From the IMG/VR virus record IMGVR_UViG_3300032245_001228: a stretch of 64,000 nucleotides of DNA, one strand, 5' to 3'. This document shows positions 39,948 through 49,439 of the stretch, in pieces. The notes under the pieces are model-generated. The model was not told the DNA's origin, ran no database searches, and saw nothing but the letters and a program-made list of their open reading frames with translations. A program made the position numbers and the translations under genes. Within the stretch, counting starts at the first letter, position 1, and every line of letters begins with the position of its first letter. The DNA comes from an uncultured virus (IMG/VR IMGVR_UViG_3300032245_001228). Taxonomy: Duplodnaviria; Heunggongvirae; Uroviricota; Caudoviricetes.

Positions 39948-40361
39948 TTATTTATTGGATGGATAAGTATTGCTTATATATTCTACAGCTTCCTCTAGTG
40001 TGTCTGCAACTTTTGTTGCAAGAAACTTGAGATAAACACGATGCTGTAGTTCTTGATGTGCCCAAACAATAATCGGTTGATTATTTAAGTGAGCCCAAGT
40101 CATTTCAAAATCTGTTCCTATATATGCTCGATATAAAAGTCTATACTCAACGAGTAATATATCGCAGCTTTTTTGTAGGAAAAGATTTTTATCTACAATT
40201 TCTTTTGGTTCACAGTTTTCTTCTTCTAAAGCGTAGTCCATAGGATTAACTGCTTTAAAACCTCTATAGTTCAATAAAGCTGTTGCTTCATCTCTCCAGC
40301 TATATTTAAAATCAGACTTAACGTCTTCTATTGCTCCAGATAAAAAAACTCTAGTTTGCAT
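39948..40361 (-). CDS. Nucleoside 2-deoxyribosyltransferase-like protein
   Basis: VFLSGAIE...WR...NPMD...CDILLV...GTDFEM; start MQTRV at 40361. Confidence 0.75.
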   Translation of the reverse strand: MQTRVFLSGAIEDVKSDFKYSWRDEATALLNYRGFKAVNPMDYALEEENCEPKEIVDKNLFLQKSCDILLVEYRLLYRAYIGTDFEMTWAHLNNQPIIVWAHQELQHRVYLKFLATKVADTLEEAVEYISNTYPSNK

Positions 40362-40776
40362 AAGCAATCTCCTTGGCTGGCCAATAATAAGGAAGATTAG
40401 GATCTTCATTAAAAAATTGTGAATAATATTCGTAATCTTTGCGTAATAGATTCGACCTATGGGATACATGAAATTCTTCCAATCCAAACCATGGTGGCAT
40501 GACTATCGAACCAGGAATTATTTCTTCATACTGCATCGTGTTTTTGTATCCTCTAGATACCCACTCTTCGATAGTATAGTTCTGATACAACTGCAAAGCT
40601 GCTTCATACCCAGACCACATTAAAGTAACTGGATGATTACGCCAACCTTTTGTTGGTGTACGATCAAGTAATATATTTAAAACTTGGAAAGTTTCTACTC
40701 GTTGTTTTCCAAGTCTACGATAGTCTAATACCCGAACTGATTCCTGTAGATCTGGGTATGGTAAGAATGTTTGCAT
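40351..40776 (-). CDS. Pyrimidine-dimer DNA glycosylase (MSMEG_6728 / endonuclease V-like)
   Basis: MQTFLPY...LDYRRLGKQRVE...GWRNHP..LMW...SHRSNLLRKD...YYWP. Confidence 0.88.
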   Translation of the reverse strand: MQTFLPYPDLQESVRVLDYRRLGKQRVETFQVLNILLDRTPTKGWRNHPVTLMWSGYEAALQLYQNYTIEEWVSRGYKNTMQYEEIIPGSIVMPPWFGLEEFHVSHRSNLLRKDYEYYSQFFNEDPNLPYYWPAKEIAYAN

Positions 40777-41177
40777 TACGCCTTCTTAAATTCGTTAAAA
40801 GTTTTGTCACCTACACCAAAGTATTCTCTAGCTAGTCCAGCCTTAACAATTTCTGTGTTGAGACATTCGCCAGCTTCGTTCCACACTCTAGCAAGGATTC
40901 TACCATACTTCTCGTTCTTGTCCAAGATAGTTTCAATCTTAACTTTGCTATTAGCTTTCTTAATCCACTGATCAGTGAACTCTTTTGCTGCAAGTCCCAT
41001 CTTCTTTTCTTCAAGATTTGTAGTGCGGCTTTCTGGTGTATTTACTCCATAGAGTCTTACGCTTTTTGGTCCGATACTAACTTCAAAACCAAGATCTATA
41101 TTGATCTTAAAAGTATCTCCATCTACTACTTTAACAACTTCTGCGTTATAAAGATAAACATTAAATTGATCTGACAT
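40776..41177 (-). CDS. Thermonuclease (SNase-like)
   Basis: VVDGDT...VRLYGVNTPE...KYGRILA...LN..IVKAGLA. Confidence 0.9.
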   Translation of the reverse strand: MSDQFNVYLYNAEVVKVVDGDTFKINIDLGFEVSIGPKSVRLYGVNTPESRTTNLEEKKMGLAAKEFTDQWIKKANSKVKIETILDKNEKYGRILARVWNEAGECLNTEIVKAGLAREYFGVGDKTFNEFKKA

Positions 41178-41178
41178 A

Positions 41179-41982
41179 TTAATCTCTTTCTATTCCTAAT
41201 TGATCGCATGCTCTGCGAAATATTGATTGACTTACTTTAAATTGACTATCTGCATGGCTATATCCTTCTCCTGGTTTTGGAGACGATGCGTGCCAGCTGT
41301 GACCTATAGATACACTTCCATCATATACTACATTGTAACCACGATGACGTGCAAAATATGAACACCAAGTTTCTTCATAGTAGTGTGGGGTTGGCAAAAA
41401 AGCTCCCGTAGAAGATGGGTACATCTGCTTATACTCTGCGTCGTTTGCAAGAGATTCCCATACTGATCTTCTAATGAAGTATGCAGATCCGGATACTGTC
41501 ACGCAAGGTATTCTATCTTTAAACATTAGATCTTCCGGATCATGTTGTCTCCAACCCCTATGAGCTGGAGCTGTATTTGTTCCAATTATACCAGCATGAG
41601 TTATGAAACCTTTTTCGTCTCGTTGTTTTGGACCAAGTATATGTATACTTTCATCATTATCAAATATGTTATGTATAGCATTAATGTCTTCGTTAGTAAA
41701 CCAAACGTCAGAATTTAACAACGCTATTATTTCTCCATTGCCGTGAGCAGCGAGCTGGTTACATGCTCCTGAGTATCCTATATTTTTATTTATAAAAATC
41801 TTATCAATACTATAATTGGATTCGTTTTGATTCAACCATTGAACAGTGTCATCTTGGGAATCATTATCTGCAATATATAAATTCCATAATCTAGAATCTT
41901 TATCTACGTCAACATGCAACGTATTTAAAAGTCTCTCTAACAACGGTCTAGTGTTGTAACTTACTACGCATAAATCTATCAT
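41179..41982 (-). CDS. Glycosyltransferase family 2 (WbbL-like)
   Basis: VVSYN...ADNDSQD...NIGYSGACN...LLNSD...VSGSAYFIRR...YYEETW. Confidence 0.88.
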   Translation of the reverse strand: MIDLCVVSYNTRPLLERLLNTLHVDVDKDSRLWNLYIADNDSQDDTVQWLNQNESNYSIDKIFINKNIGYSGACNQLAAHGNGEIIALLNSDVWFTNEDINAIHNIFDNDESIHILGPKQRDEKGFITHAGIIGTNTAPAHRGWRQHDPEDLMFKDRIPCVTVSGSAYFIRRSVWESLANDAEYKQMYPSSTGAFLPTPHYYEETWCSYFARHRGYNVVYDGSVSIGHSWHASSPKPGEGYSHADSQFKVSQSIFRRACDQLGIERD

Positions 41983-41983
41983 T

Positions 41984-42238
41984 TTAAAATCTTTCTATTT
42001 CTGAATCCATTAATATCATAGCAAATGCGTCTTCTTTATTTATCCCATGATCTATATATTCAAACATTTTCTGCATCTTTGCTTCAATATTTTCCTCAAT
42101 AAAAAACTCTTTTAATCTATTTCTGTATTGATCAAAGGAAGTATTTATTTGTGGAGAAATCTTTTCATTCTTTCTAAAGATATATATAGCTGCACCAAAA
42201 ATAAATCCAGCTATAAATAATTTAGTCTTCCCATTCAT
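41984..42238 (-). CDS. Small membrane-anchored protein
   Basis: MNGKTKLFIAGFIFGAAIYIF. Confidence 0.6.
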   Translation of the reverse strand: MNGKTKLFIAGFIFGAAIYIFRKNEKISPQINTSFDQYRNRLKEFFIEENIEAKMQKMFEYIDHGINKEDAFAMILMDSEIERF

Positions 42239-42467
42239 TACTGTTGTCTGTATTTCTGCTGATGAATTGATTTTCATTTATGGCCTTTATTGCTTCTTCG
42301 CTTAGATGAAGAAGGTTCAATCTTTCTTTTTCATCTTTTATGGACGACGCTAAGTGTATCAGAGCATTTGATATCTGCAACATCTGATCTATTGATGTTA
42401 TCAAATATGTTTGACCCGATTCAAGCTTAATATTTACTTTTTTCTTTTCATTTATTTTCTTTGCCAT
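42222..42467 (-). CDS. Hypothetical protein
   Basis: Packed ORF. Confidence 0.65.
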   Translation of the reverse strand: MAKKINEKKKVNIKLESGQTYLITSIDQMLQISNALIHLASSIKDEKERLNLLHLSEEAIKAINENQFISRNTDNSNEWED

Positions 42468-42468
42468 A

Positions 42469-42735
42469 TTAATTTTTTTCTTTTTTTGTTGCCTTTTTTG
42501 GTTTATCTATTTTATCATCTAAGTCATACCCACCCAATTGGGACTGTGAATCAGAATATTTATATAAACAAATATTATCTGAATCCGGCTCAAATGTTAC
42601 AAAAAATATATTCTTATCTTCTTCTGTTAAACCTTCTGGCGGAGGAGAATCTAATGCTATCTTAGGCGATGAGCAACCATATACTTGACTATGGTTTTTG
42701 TATACTACAAGATAATTTAATTTTGATGCTGGCAT
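42469..42735 (-). CDS. Hypothetical protein
   Basis: Packed ORF with TAATG overlap. Confidence 0.65.
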   Translation of the reverse strand: MPASKLNYLVVYKNHSQVYGCSSPKIALDSPPPEGLTEEDKNIFFVTFEPDSDNICLYKYSDSQSQLGGYDLDDKIDKPKKATKKEKN

Positions 42736-43184
42736 TATTTAACCTTTATTGTCTTAATGTTTGCTTTGTTTAAGAAATTTTCTACGTTGTTCCAGTCTAA
42801 ATAACTTACGTCTTCTTTGTAGTATACAGTCTTAACTGTGCTATTTGCTATTAGCTTGGCACAAGAAAAACAAGGGGGTCCATTAACATAGATTTTTTCT
42901 GGATTTGAATTATAATCAGAGTGTAAGAATGCATTTGCTTCTGCGTGGATTGCTATGCAATTTTCATAGCTTGAACCACTAGCCGAATTCTGCTTTAATC
43001 GATCACATCCACCGTCCTGACAGTGTACAAATCCTCTTGGCCCACCATTGTAGCCAAATCCAACTATATGATTATTTGAATCAACAAGTATTGAAGAGTA
43101 CTTTCTTTTTCCGCAGGTGGAGAATATGCTTGCAGCCGACTCACACAATTGCATAAATTGATTATCTTTTTTTGTTATCATCAA
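42735..43184 (-). CDS. dCMP deaminase
   Basis: STC...GYNG.P.G..HC...HAEANA...PCFSCAKLI. Confidence 0.9.
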   Translation of the reverse strand: MMITKKDNQFMQLCESAASIFSTCGKRKYSSILVDSNNHIVGFGYNGGPRGFVHCQDGGCDRLKQNSASGSSYENCIAIHAEANAFLHSDYNSNPEKIYVNGPPCFSCAKLIANSTVKTVYYKEDVSYLDWNNVENFLNKANIKTIKVK

Positions 43185-43348
43185 TTTACCAGTAACAAAA
43201 ATCCACTTACAAAACCTAGTAGAACTGACATAATTGTTGATACAACTTTTACACTTTTATTCTTTGATACTTGGTTTAGTATTTGCATACTAACACACCA
43301 ATTAATTAACACAGAATAAACTAATGCTAATGCTAAATTTTTAAACAT
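43181..43348 (-). CDS. Small two-TM membrane protein
   Basis: MFKNLALALVYSVLINWC...; two hydrophobic stretches. Confidence 0.6.
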   Translation of the reverse strand: MFKNLALALVYSVLINWCVSMQILNQVSKNKSVKVVSTIMSVLLGFVSGFLLLVN

Positions 43349-44045
43349 TTCTAATATCAACCAATCCACTAATGCTTACTGGGAATATGGGCTGTATTAA
43401 TGATAGCACAGCTCTAGCATAGTCTCTAATTTCTACCTGAGCTGCTTCTTCTAATCTCTGATTAAGAAACAAGGCTATTGACTGTAAGCTACAAGTCCAT
43501 CTATAAACAACGTACATGCCGTATGCAGGCAAAAAGAGTCTAGCTTGTTCTGCGGCAACGTTGTTATCCATCGCCATTTTATAAAGTGCTTCACCTTGTT
43601 CTATGTATCTATTTAACTCATCTGTTAATATAGAACCAATCCAAGGTCCTATTGGACCACCAGATCCTTGCTTTTTATCCTCTGGTGCTAGTCTCCATTC
43701 TTCAACGCTTGGTATATAAAACTCTGGTTCCATAGTTACATATCTTCTTGAAGATTCGTTCCAAGAATCCATAGTATGATCTGAACCGACTACATACTTC
43801 CAGTGTTGACGCGCAACCATTAATGGAGCTTTAAACTCAAAGGTAGCAAACGCATGTCTAAAAGGAGACATATGATTTTCTCTAATTAAGAAATCAATTA
43901 ACTGAACATCTTTTTTTTCTAATTCTTTAGATTCTTTAGCAAAGGATGCGCGAGCAGCATTAACCACAGATAGATCACTACCCATTGTATCTACAAGTCT
44001 CACGTATCCTTTGTCAAGAACCTGAATTGTATTTTCTAAATCCAT
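43341..44045 (-). CDS. thyX: Flavin-dependent thymidylate synthase
   Basis: GSDLSVVNAARAS...HMSPF...VARQ...WNESSRRY...EQAR..LP...AQVEIR. Confidence 0.93.
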   Translation of the reverse strand: MDLENTIQVLDKGYVRLVDTMGSDLSVVNAARASFAKESKELEKKDVQLIDFLIRENHMSPFRHAFATFEFKAPLMVARQHWKYVVGSDHTMDSWNESSRRYVTMEPEFYIPSVEEWRLAPEDKKQGSGGPIGPWIGSILTDELNRYIEQGEALYKMAMDNNVAAEQARLFLPAYGMYVVYRWTCSLQSIALFLNQRLEEAAQVEIRDYARAVLSLIQPIFPVSISGLVDIRNV

Positions 44046-44051
44046 ATATAT

Positions 44052-44060
44052 ATTATATCA
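44052..44060 (-). promoter_or_regulatory. Extended -10 promoter TGATATAAT, likely leaderless thyX
   Basis: Ends 6 nt before ATG 44045. Confidence 0.6.
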
Positions 44061-44068
44061 CCAGATTA

Positions 44069-46174
44069 TTATTTAGTGTTATCCTTTATGAATTTAATTT
44101 CGCATGCGTCTGTAGTGCAATAGCGTTCTCCAATTGCGTCTGCAGCCATGCCAGCATATACCCCACTCAAATCTATAGGGAATAGATTAATTGTTGCATC
44201 AATATATTCCTGCTCAGTTATTTGTGTGTACGGCATTTGGGGGTAGGTATCGTTTCCGCTTGGGAGGAATGATACTGTCTTTAATTGACCATCATACATG
44301 TGGAGAACAGTCCCAACGTGCTGTGCTTCCTTATCTTTATCAAATGATATTGTAACAGAAACTGAATTGTCTGACCAATAACGCTGAGCGATTGCGGCTA
44401 GTGACATCTTTTCAAAGATTGTAACATCACGCTCTGCTCTTGCTGCCTGTGATTTGATAGGGAAGTATACTACGGATGTGGTGTCTGGTGATTCAGAAGC
44501 TGGTTCGACTCTATAGTTGGCCATTCTAAATAGTGGCAACATAGGATCATCATTAGAGAATCTAATTGTTCTATTGAAGAACTTCCCACCTGGTGTCCAG
44601 TGAACTCCTGGCGACTCACCAGCAAGAATTGAAACTGTTCCTGAAGGTTTAATTGTCGTCATCTTAATTGATTCACGAATACCTAGCCACTCAGAATATA
44701 CATTATCATAACGCTGAACAGTCTTGTATCCTTCGTCCATCCATTCGCGCAATGCTGGAACGCCAACGCGGTCAGCAAAGTTAGCTACGCCTGACATTGA
44801 TGCACCGATGCGACGATTGCGTTGCATGATTGCATTTGTTTCTTCCCAGTGTGTTGGGAGTAGAGTTACCGTCTTTGCATACAGATAGGCGAACTTTAAC
44901 GTACGCTTGTAATCCTCTAGTGAATCATGACGATTTAAGTATGTTTCAACCAACGTGCAGCACTCATAGGACTCTAATGACTGTTCTGCACATGGGTTGT
45001 ACCCAGCTACTCTATGGTCTTTATTATTTGCTGGATCAGCTAAGCGACCATATTTGCGTGACATGTCCATCCAGATTACTCCTGGTTCACCGTTAAGAGA
45101 AATTCCTTCTACGATGCTTGAAAGGTCTGCCCCAACTGCTGTTTCCACAGAGTTATTGGACATCCAACCCCAACCTGGTGCACTAGAATCGTATGAGTTT
45201 CTTTCTGGGAAACGTTCTGAGTTCTTTAAATTCAAGAAGTCTTGATCATCTAAGCGACCTATTAGCAGCTCAGCTGAACGACGCACATTGCCAGATACTA
45301 CACATACTCCTATGACGTTACCAATATCAGCAATGTCTACTCTTGTAAGTTTCTCGCCTTTTCTCCCGCTAAACATTTTTTTAATATGAACATGAAGCTT
45401 TTCTAGTGGTTCATGACCTGCTGCGACACCGCCAAATGTTTTAATTGGCGTACCTGCTGGTCTTATAAGAGAATAATCAAATTGTATTTCTTCTTGATCT
45501 GGCTTTAAGTATGAATTTAAAAGCATGGCCATTGAATCAACCCAACCTTCTCTAGTGTCTGGAACTAGATAAGGAACGCTATTGGCTGGTTGTTTTGGTT
45601 CGTATATTGCAAAGTCTTTGTCTGCGCCTTTGTCATCAAATCCTACGCCCACACCTAGCATCGATGCTTCCATTAAGAAAGCAAATGGCTTTGCTGGGTT
45701 AAACTTATTCATTTCTCCAGTAGAAACAAAAGCACAGTTCTGGAGTGCAGCTGAGTTCTTTTGTATGTTAACAATGTTTGTGCCCATTGCCCATAGACCA
45801 CGTCCTGGAGGTGTCCACTTTAGATTAAATAATCTATCAAATGCTTCCTTGGCTGAAGCCTGTGCCTTAGCGTCATTCCATGGAAGTCTATTCTTCTTGC
45901 AGTGATCTTTTTGTAAAGAGTACATTCCATTAATTACTCTTTCGCAAACATCTGACCATGTTTCTTTTGTGCCGTCTTCTTTAAGACGTGAATATGTACG
46001 AAGAAAAGTAATCTCTCCAACAGAGTTGCCACCTGCATCTCTATACCCAAACGGGGCAAATTTATCTTTGTAGCTTGAAATAAAGTCATCTGTTAACTTA
46101 AAAGAAAACATAGATGCAGATTTATTAGCTATTGGTGTTAGATCTGGATTACCATTTTCAATTTCTTCGGCCAT
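44069..46174 (-). CDS. nrdJ: Class II (adenosylcobalamin-dependent) ribonucleoside-triphosphate reductase
   Basis: RTYSR...PPGRGLW...NCAF...GNVRRSA...NPCAEQ...TTIKPSGTVS...CTTDAC. Confidence 0.95.
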   Translation of the reverse strand: MAEEIENGNPDLTPIANKSASMFSFKLTDDFISSYKDKFAPFGYRDAGGNSVGEITFLRTYSRLKEDGTKETWSDVCERVINGMYSLQKDHCKKNRLPWNDAKAQASAKEAFDRLFNLKWTPPGRGLWAMGTNIVNIQKNSAALQNCAFVSTGEMNKFNPAKPFAFLMEASMLGVGVGFDDKGADKDFAIYEPKQPANSVPYLVPDTREGWVDSMAMLLNSYLKPDQEEIQFDYSLIRPAGTPIKTFGGVAAGHEPLEKLHVHIKKMFSGRKGEKLTRVDIADIGNVIGVCVVSGNVRRSAELLIGRLDDQDFLNLKNSERFPERNSYDSSAPGWGWMSNNSVETAVGADLSSIVEGISLNGEPGVIWMDMSRKYGRLADPANNKDHRVAGYNPCAEQSLESYECCTLVETYLNRHDSLEDYKRTLKFAYLYAKTVTLLPTHWEETNAIMQRNRRIGASMSGVANFADRVGVPALREWMDEGYKTVQRYDNVYSEWLGIRESIKMTTIKPSGTVSILAGESPGVHWTPGGKFFNRTIRFSNDDPMLPLFRMANYRVEPASESPDTTSVVYFPIKSQAARAERDVTIFEKMSLAAIAQRYWSDNSVSVTISFDKDKEAQHVGTVLHMYDGQLKTVSFLPSGNDTYPQMPYTQITEQEYIDATINLFPIDLSGVYAGMAADAIGERYCTTDACEIKFIKDNTK

Positions 46175-46183
46175 TTTTGTCTC

Positions 46184-46882
46184 CTAGTTATTTATTTTTC
46201 TAATGTATTTTGAATTCATTTTTTGAATTTCTGTATTCTTTATCTTCAATAAATCTTGCAAAGAATATACTTTATGTATCTCTCTTTCAAAGAAGTATCC
46301 ACTTCTCCAATTGAAAACATTATTTACATTCTTTTTGTGGTTAACAAACATATTACAAACTACTGCTCCACCATACGATTTAACAATATTTGCAAATTTT
46401 ACTTTTAATTCTTCTACGTTTAAACTATCTAAATCTTCATTCTCTTTAGCTTTTTCATAAAGCCAATTAAAAGCCTGCCTATTTAATGGTGACACGTCTA
46501 TTGGATCTATGACACCTAATAGTATAGCCTGATTTCTATTATTTGCTATGTCAATATCTTCTTTTATAATTTTTTTAAAAAGATCAAACCAATCTTTTTC
46601 ATTAAACTGAACCCATGCAGTGCACCAGAATAAAAGATTTTCTGGCGGTGATGGAACTAAACTCTTTTCAGTATACGGCAGCAATACAGCGCAGCTTATT
46701 GCTCTCTTCATAAAAGCTTTTCTTGTTTCAGGATCTTTTGACTTTGATCCAGATATTTCCCAAAGTTTATTTATATTTTTCTTCCAATCAGTTGGACCCA
46801 AAAATATGTGCAGATACTTTTCTGCCACTTCTACTGGTATCGTATCTTCACTAATTACTTTTTCTAAAATATCTAAAGACAT
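46184..46882 (-). CDS. Hypothetical protein
   Basis: 232-aa ORF with AAGGA RBS. Confidence 0.75.
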   Translation of the reverse strand: MSLDILEKVISEDTIPVEVAEKYLHIFLGPTDWKKNINKLWEISGSKSKDPETRKAFMKRAISCAVLLPYTEKSLVPSPPENLLFWCTAWVQFNEKDWFDLFKKIIKEDIDIANNRNQAILLGVIDPIDVSPLNRQAFNWLYEKAKENEDLDSLNVEELKVKFANIVKSYGGAVVCNMFVNHKKNVNNVFNWRSGYFFEREIHKVYSLQDLLKIKNTEIQKMNSKYIRKINN

Positions 46883-46926
46883 TGATAATCCTTCATAAAA
46901 CTACTAAAACTTATAAAGTCACCTTA

Positions 46927-46965
46927 GAAAAAGATTATCCCGCCCTTGTGGGGGCGGGATATCTT
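46927..46965 (-). terminator. Intrinsic terminator
   Basis: TATCCCGCCC...GGGCGGGATA followed by ATCTTTTTCT on the minus strand. Confidence 0.75.
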
Positions 46966-46973
46966 CGTCTCAT

Positions 46974-47029
46974 TACTGAGCGTCGGTTTCCGTGACTACA
47001 AGTATATCACGAGAGACTAATGCTCAGTA
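46974..47029. other. Long imperfect hairpin
   Basis: TACTGAGCGTCGGTTTCCGTGA-loop-TCACGAGAGACTAATGCTCAGTA; most mismatches are G-U on the + strand. Confidence 0.6.
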
Positions 47030-47047
47030 GTATATTTTTGTAATTTA

Positions 47048-47680
47048 TTACAATGCTTGCGCTGAAGGAACACCTGTCCATCTCTTTGGATTAGATCTAC
47101 CATAGATTGTAGTTTGATTTGGTTGACCATAATCAGCCTTGAAAACTACTGCACTAGCAACACCGTGGAATTCATCTGGCCTAAACAAACCAAATGAGTT
47201 TGGAGCACCCTGTGCATCTGTTCTTGCTGCGTGGCCATATCCTGATGGCATAACTTCTGCAGATGTAACACCGTCAAATACAAAGTTACTATAGAAACCA
47301 TAATAGAGATTTCTTTGAGCGTGGCCTCCATTAAGAGCCTGTGCTCCTGCGATACCCTTGTATTCAAGAGGACGGAATCTTGCTCCAGGATATGTTGCTG
47401 TACCGTCTGCAAATGTTCCAGCCAAAGGTGTAGTGCCAGCATACAATGTTGAGCCAGTAAACAGTTGCGACATAAGTCTATTGCCAGGACGAGCTCCAGT
47501 TCCAGGGGTGTACGCATTGTCTGGTGCGCCTCTAAGTAACTGGCTAGTATTGCGCAGTGGATAGTATGAATACGTTCCCTTGCCCTTGGCTTTGCCGGTC
47601 ATTGTATAATATGGGTTCACCATATCATTGGTGTTTTGGCCTCTCAAAACAGGTCTTGGACCAACGTAAAATGTAGCCAT
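47048..47680 (-). CDS. Gly/Tyr-rich probable virion protein
   Basis: AAGGAG RBS; TTACTAT motif upstream; end of the structural block. Confidence 0.7.
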   Translation of the reverse strand: MATFYVGPRPVLRGQNTNDMVNPYYTMTGKAKGKGTYSYYPLRNTSQLLRGAPDNAYTPGTGARPGNRLMSQLFTGSTLYAGTTPLAGTFADGTATYPGARFRPLEYKGIAGAQALNGGHAQRNLYYGFYSNFVFDGVTSAEVMPSGYGHAARTDAQGAPNSFGLFRPDEFHGVASAVVFKADYGQPNQTTIYGRSNPKRWTGVPSAQAL

Positions 47681-47713
47681 TGTGTAATCTCCTTATAGAA
47701 ACTCGATGCTTAT

Positions 47714-47721
47714 ATAGTAAA
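47714..47721 (-). promoter_or_regulatory. TTTACTAT variant of the putative late promoter
   Basis: ATAGTAAA in the intergenic gap. Confidence 0.45.
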
Positions 47722-47770
47722 AATAAGTATGGTTTTTCAAACCCTTATTTGTTAAATTAAATATGATTTA

Positions 47771-49045
47771 TTAAGCTGAAATATAGTCGTAATCTACTAT
47801 TAAATCTGACAAAATTGGAGGGGTCTTATCGTCCAACATATTTAAGGTTACTTCAACCCAAATTTGGGTAGACGCTCCAGGGTTGTTTGTGCTGTAAGTT
47901 ACACCATCTTCATATATGACTCTGTATGAGAAGGCGTTTGACATCTGGGATCTTGGAACATTAAAGATGACTGGCTGTACTGTCACGGCACTTATTAGCT
48001 TATCACTTGGTGCTTTAAAGTTAAATATTGTTTTACCAGATGTTGCAAATTTATCATATCTAATATCTAAATCTGAAAGACCGTATGTATAGACGTATTT
48101 GCCAAGCTCTTTAAAATAATTTTCTTGACGCAAAACTATTCTTATTGCAGTCATATCTATGTCGGAGAAATAGAAGCAAAGTGGAGGTGAGTTTTCTACC
48201 TCGTCAGACCCAACCATAATCCAAGCTCCTGGAGGAACTTTTCCAATAGCCTGTTGCTCTCCATCGTATAAAGAATTAAAGTTCAAGGGTGTCCAACCAT
48301 CTGCATCTGTTAGGGTAGGATTTTCCTTATTAGTATATTCAATCGAATATACGTTTACTGAATGCATTGGATATGGATTTAGTTTTACGCAATTTGTTTT
48401 TAACGATCCAGTAAACTCTGCAGATATCTTGCAGTAGAAGGTAAGTTGTGCTGCGCCTAATGCATTTGTTTCACTGACTATAGTTCTGCTCCACACTTTA
48501 GTTGGATCATCTAAGATTGCATTGTAAACAGGTGTAGTATTTACGATTGCTCCTGGACTATCTATACCTCCAATATTGTTTTGGACATTAACCTTAAACA
48601 AGTCTGATATCACTTGTCCATTTGAAGGATTGTAGAATTTTATTTTTGAACTTGATGCGTTTGCTATCTTAGGGAGAGTAACAACATTGTAATGTGGGTC
48701 AATTGAAAGCAATTCTGAAGAACCAATTGAAAATTCAGTTCCAGTAAATCTAGCATAATCTATTTGGGAATAAGAATAAAGAGAAGTTGTTCCATCATTT
48801 ACCTCTAGTGCAGAGATTCTATTAGAAAGATCAACGATAGCGTTAGACAACATTGCATGGTCTTTTAGGACTCTTTCAAAAGCTTCTTGTAGCTTGGCAT
48901 CGATTATGTTTGCTTTATTATAAAGGAATAAAAGGTCTTGATAGTTTTCTTCTATTCTTGAATTATAATCATTGCTATCCACCGGACCTGCGTATTGTGC
49001 GTCCCTTTTTTTGGTGTTTATTATCTCTGTCATATTATCTGCCAT
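47771..49045 (-). CDS. Probable tail/baseplate structural protein
   Basis: N-terminal YAGPVDSNDYN...DLLFLY; beta-rich body. Confidence 0.65.
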   Translation of the reverse strand: MADNMTEIINTKKRDAQYAGPVDSNDYNSRIEENYQDLLFLYNKANIIDAKLQEAFERVLKDHAMLSNAIVDLSNRISALEVNDGTTSLYSYSQIDYARFTGTEFSIGSSELLSIDPHYNVVTLPKIANASSSKIKFYNPSNGQVISDLFKVNVQNNIGGIDSPGAIVNTTPVYNAILDDPTKVWSRTIVSETNALGAAQLTFYCKISAEFTGSLKTNCVKLNPYPMHSVNVYSIEYTNKENPTLTDADGWTPLNFNSLYDGEQQAIGKVPPGAWIMVGSDEVENSPPLCFYFSDIDMTAIRIVLRQENYFKELGKYVYTYGLSDLDIRYDKFATSGKTIFNFKAPSDKLISAVTVQPVIFNVPRSQMSNAFSYRVIYEDGVTYSTNNPGASTQIWVEVTLNMLDDKTPPILSDLIVDYDYISA

Positions 49046-49439
49046 TCTCTATTCTTGTTACTTTGGTTTCTAGCCTTGCTAAAATTGCTGAAAGTCTATT
49101 TGCTTTTGATAAATATAAAGACTGTTCTTCCGGAGTATTTAATTCGTATACGTCTTGATAAAAAACTCTTATAGGACTCAAGTCATAAAATAAACCATCT
49201 TCTGAAATTTCAAGAGAGCTTAAATTATTTAAATTTCCTATGAAATTTTTTTCAACATCATCTATACTTGTACTTATCGATGTTAATGTATTGTTAATCT
49301 TATTAACGTCAATTAGAAAAAAATTCATTTCCCTGTTTTCATCAACGCTATTTCTATGGCCTCTATATCTTTGTCTGAACCTTTCAAAGAAGGGTTGAGC
49401 CACTCTATATTTTGCCTTACTAGGATATGTTTTTGCCAT
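49035..49439 (-). CDS. Probable structural protein
   Basis: RYRGHRNSVDEN...D, related to the neighbour's N-terminus. Confidence 0.65.
   Translation of the reverse strand: MAKTYPSKAKYRVAQPFFERFRQRYRGHRNSVDENREMNFFLIDVNKINNTLTSISTSIDDVEKNFIGNLNNLSSLEISEDGLFYDLSPIRVFYQDVYELNTPEEQSLYLSKANRLSAILARLETKVTRIENGR

Noticed and set aside
29871..46174. Inteins or introns in dnaE, dnaB or nrdJ
   Set aside because: Lengths are normal and no splice motifs were seen.
46927..47040. Cobalamin riboswitch or hammerhead ribozyme upstream of nrdJ
   Set aside because: Too short, with no B12 box or CUGAnGA core recognised.
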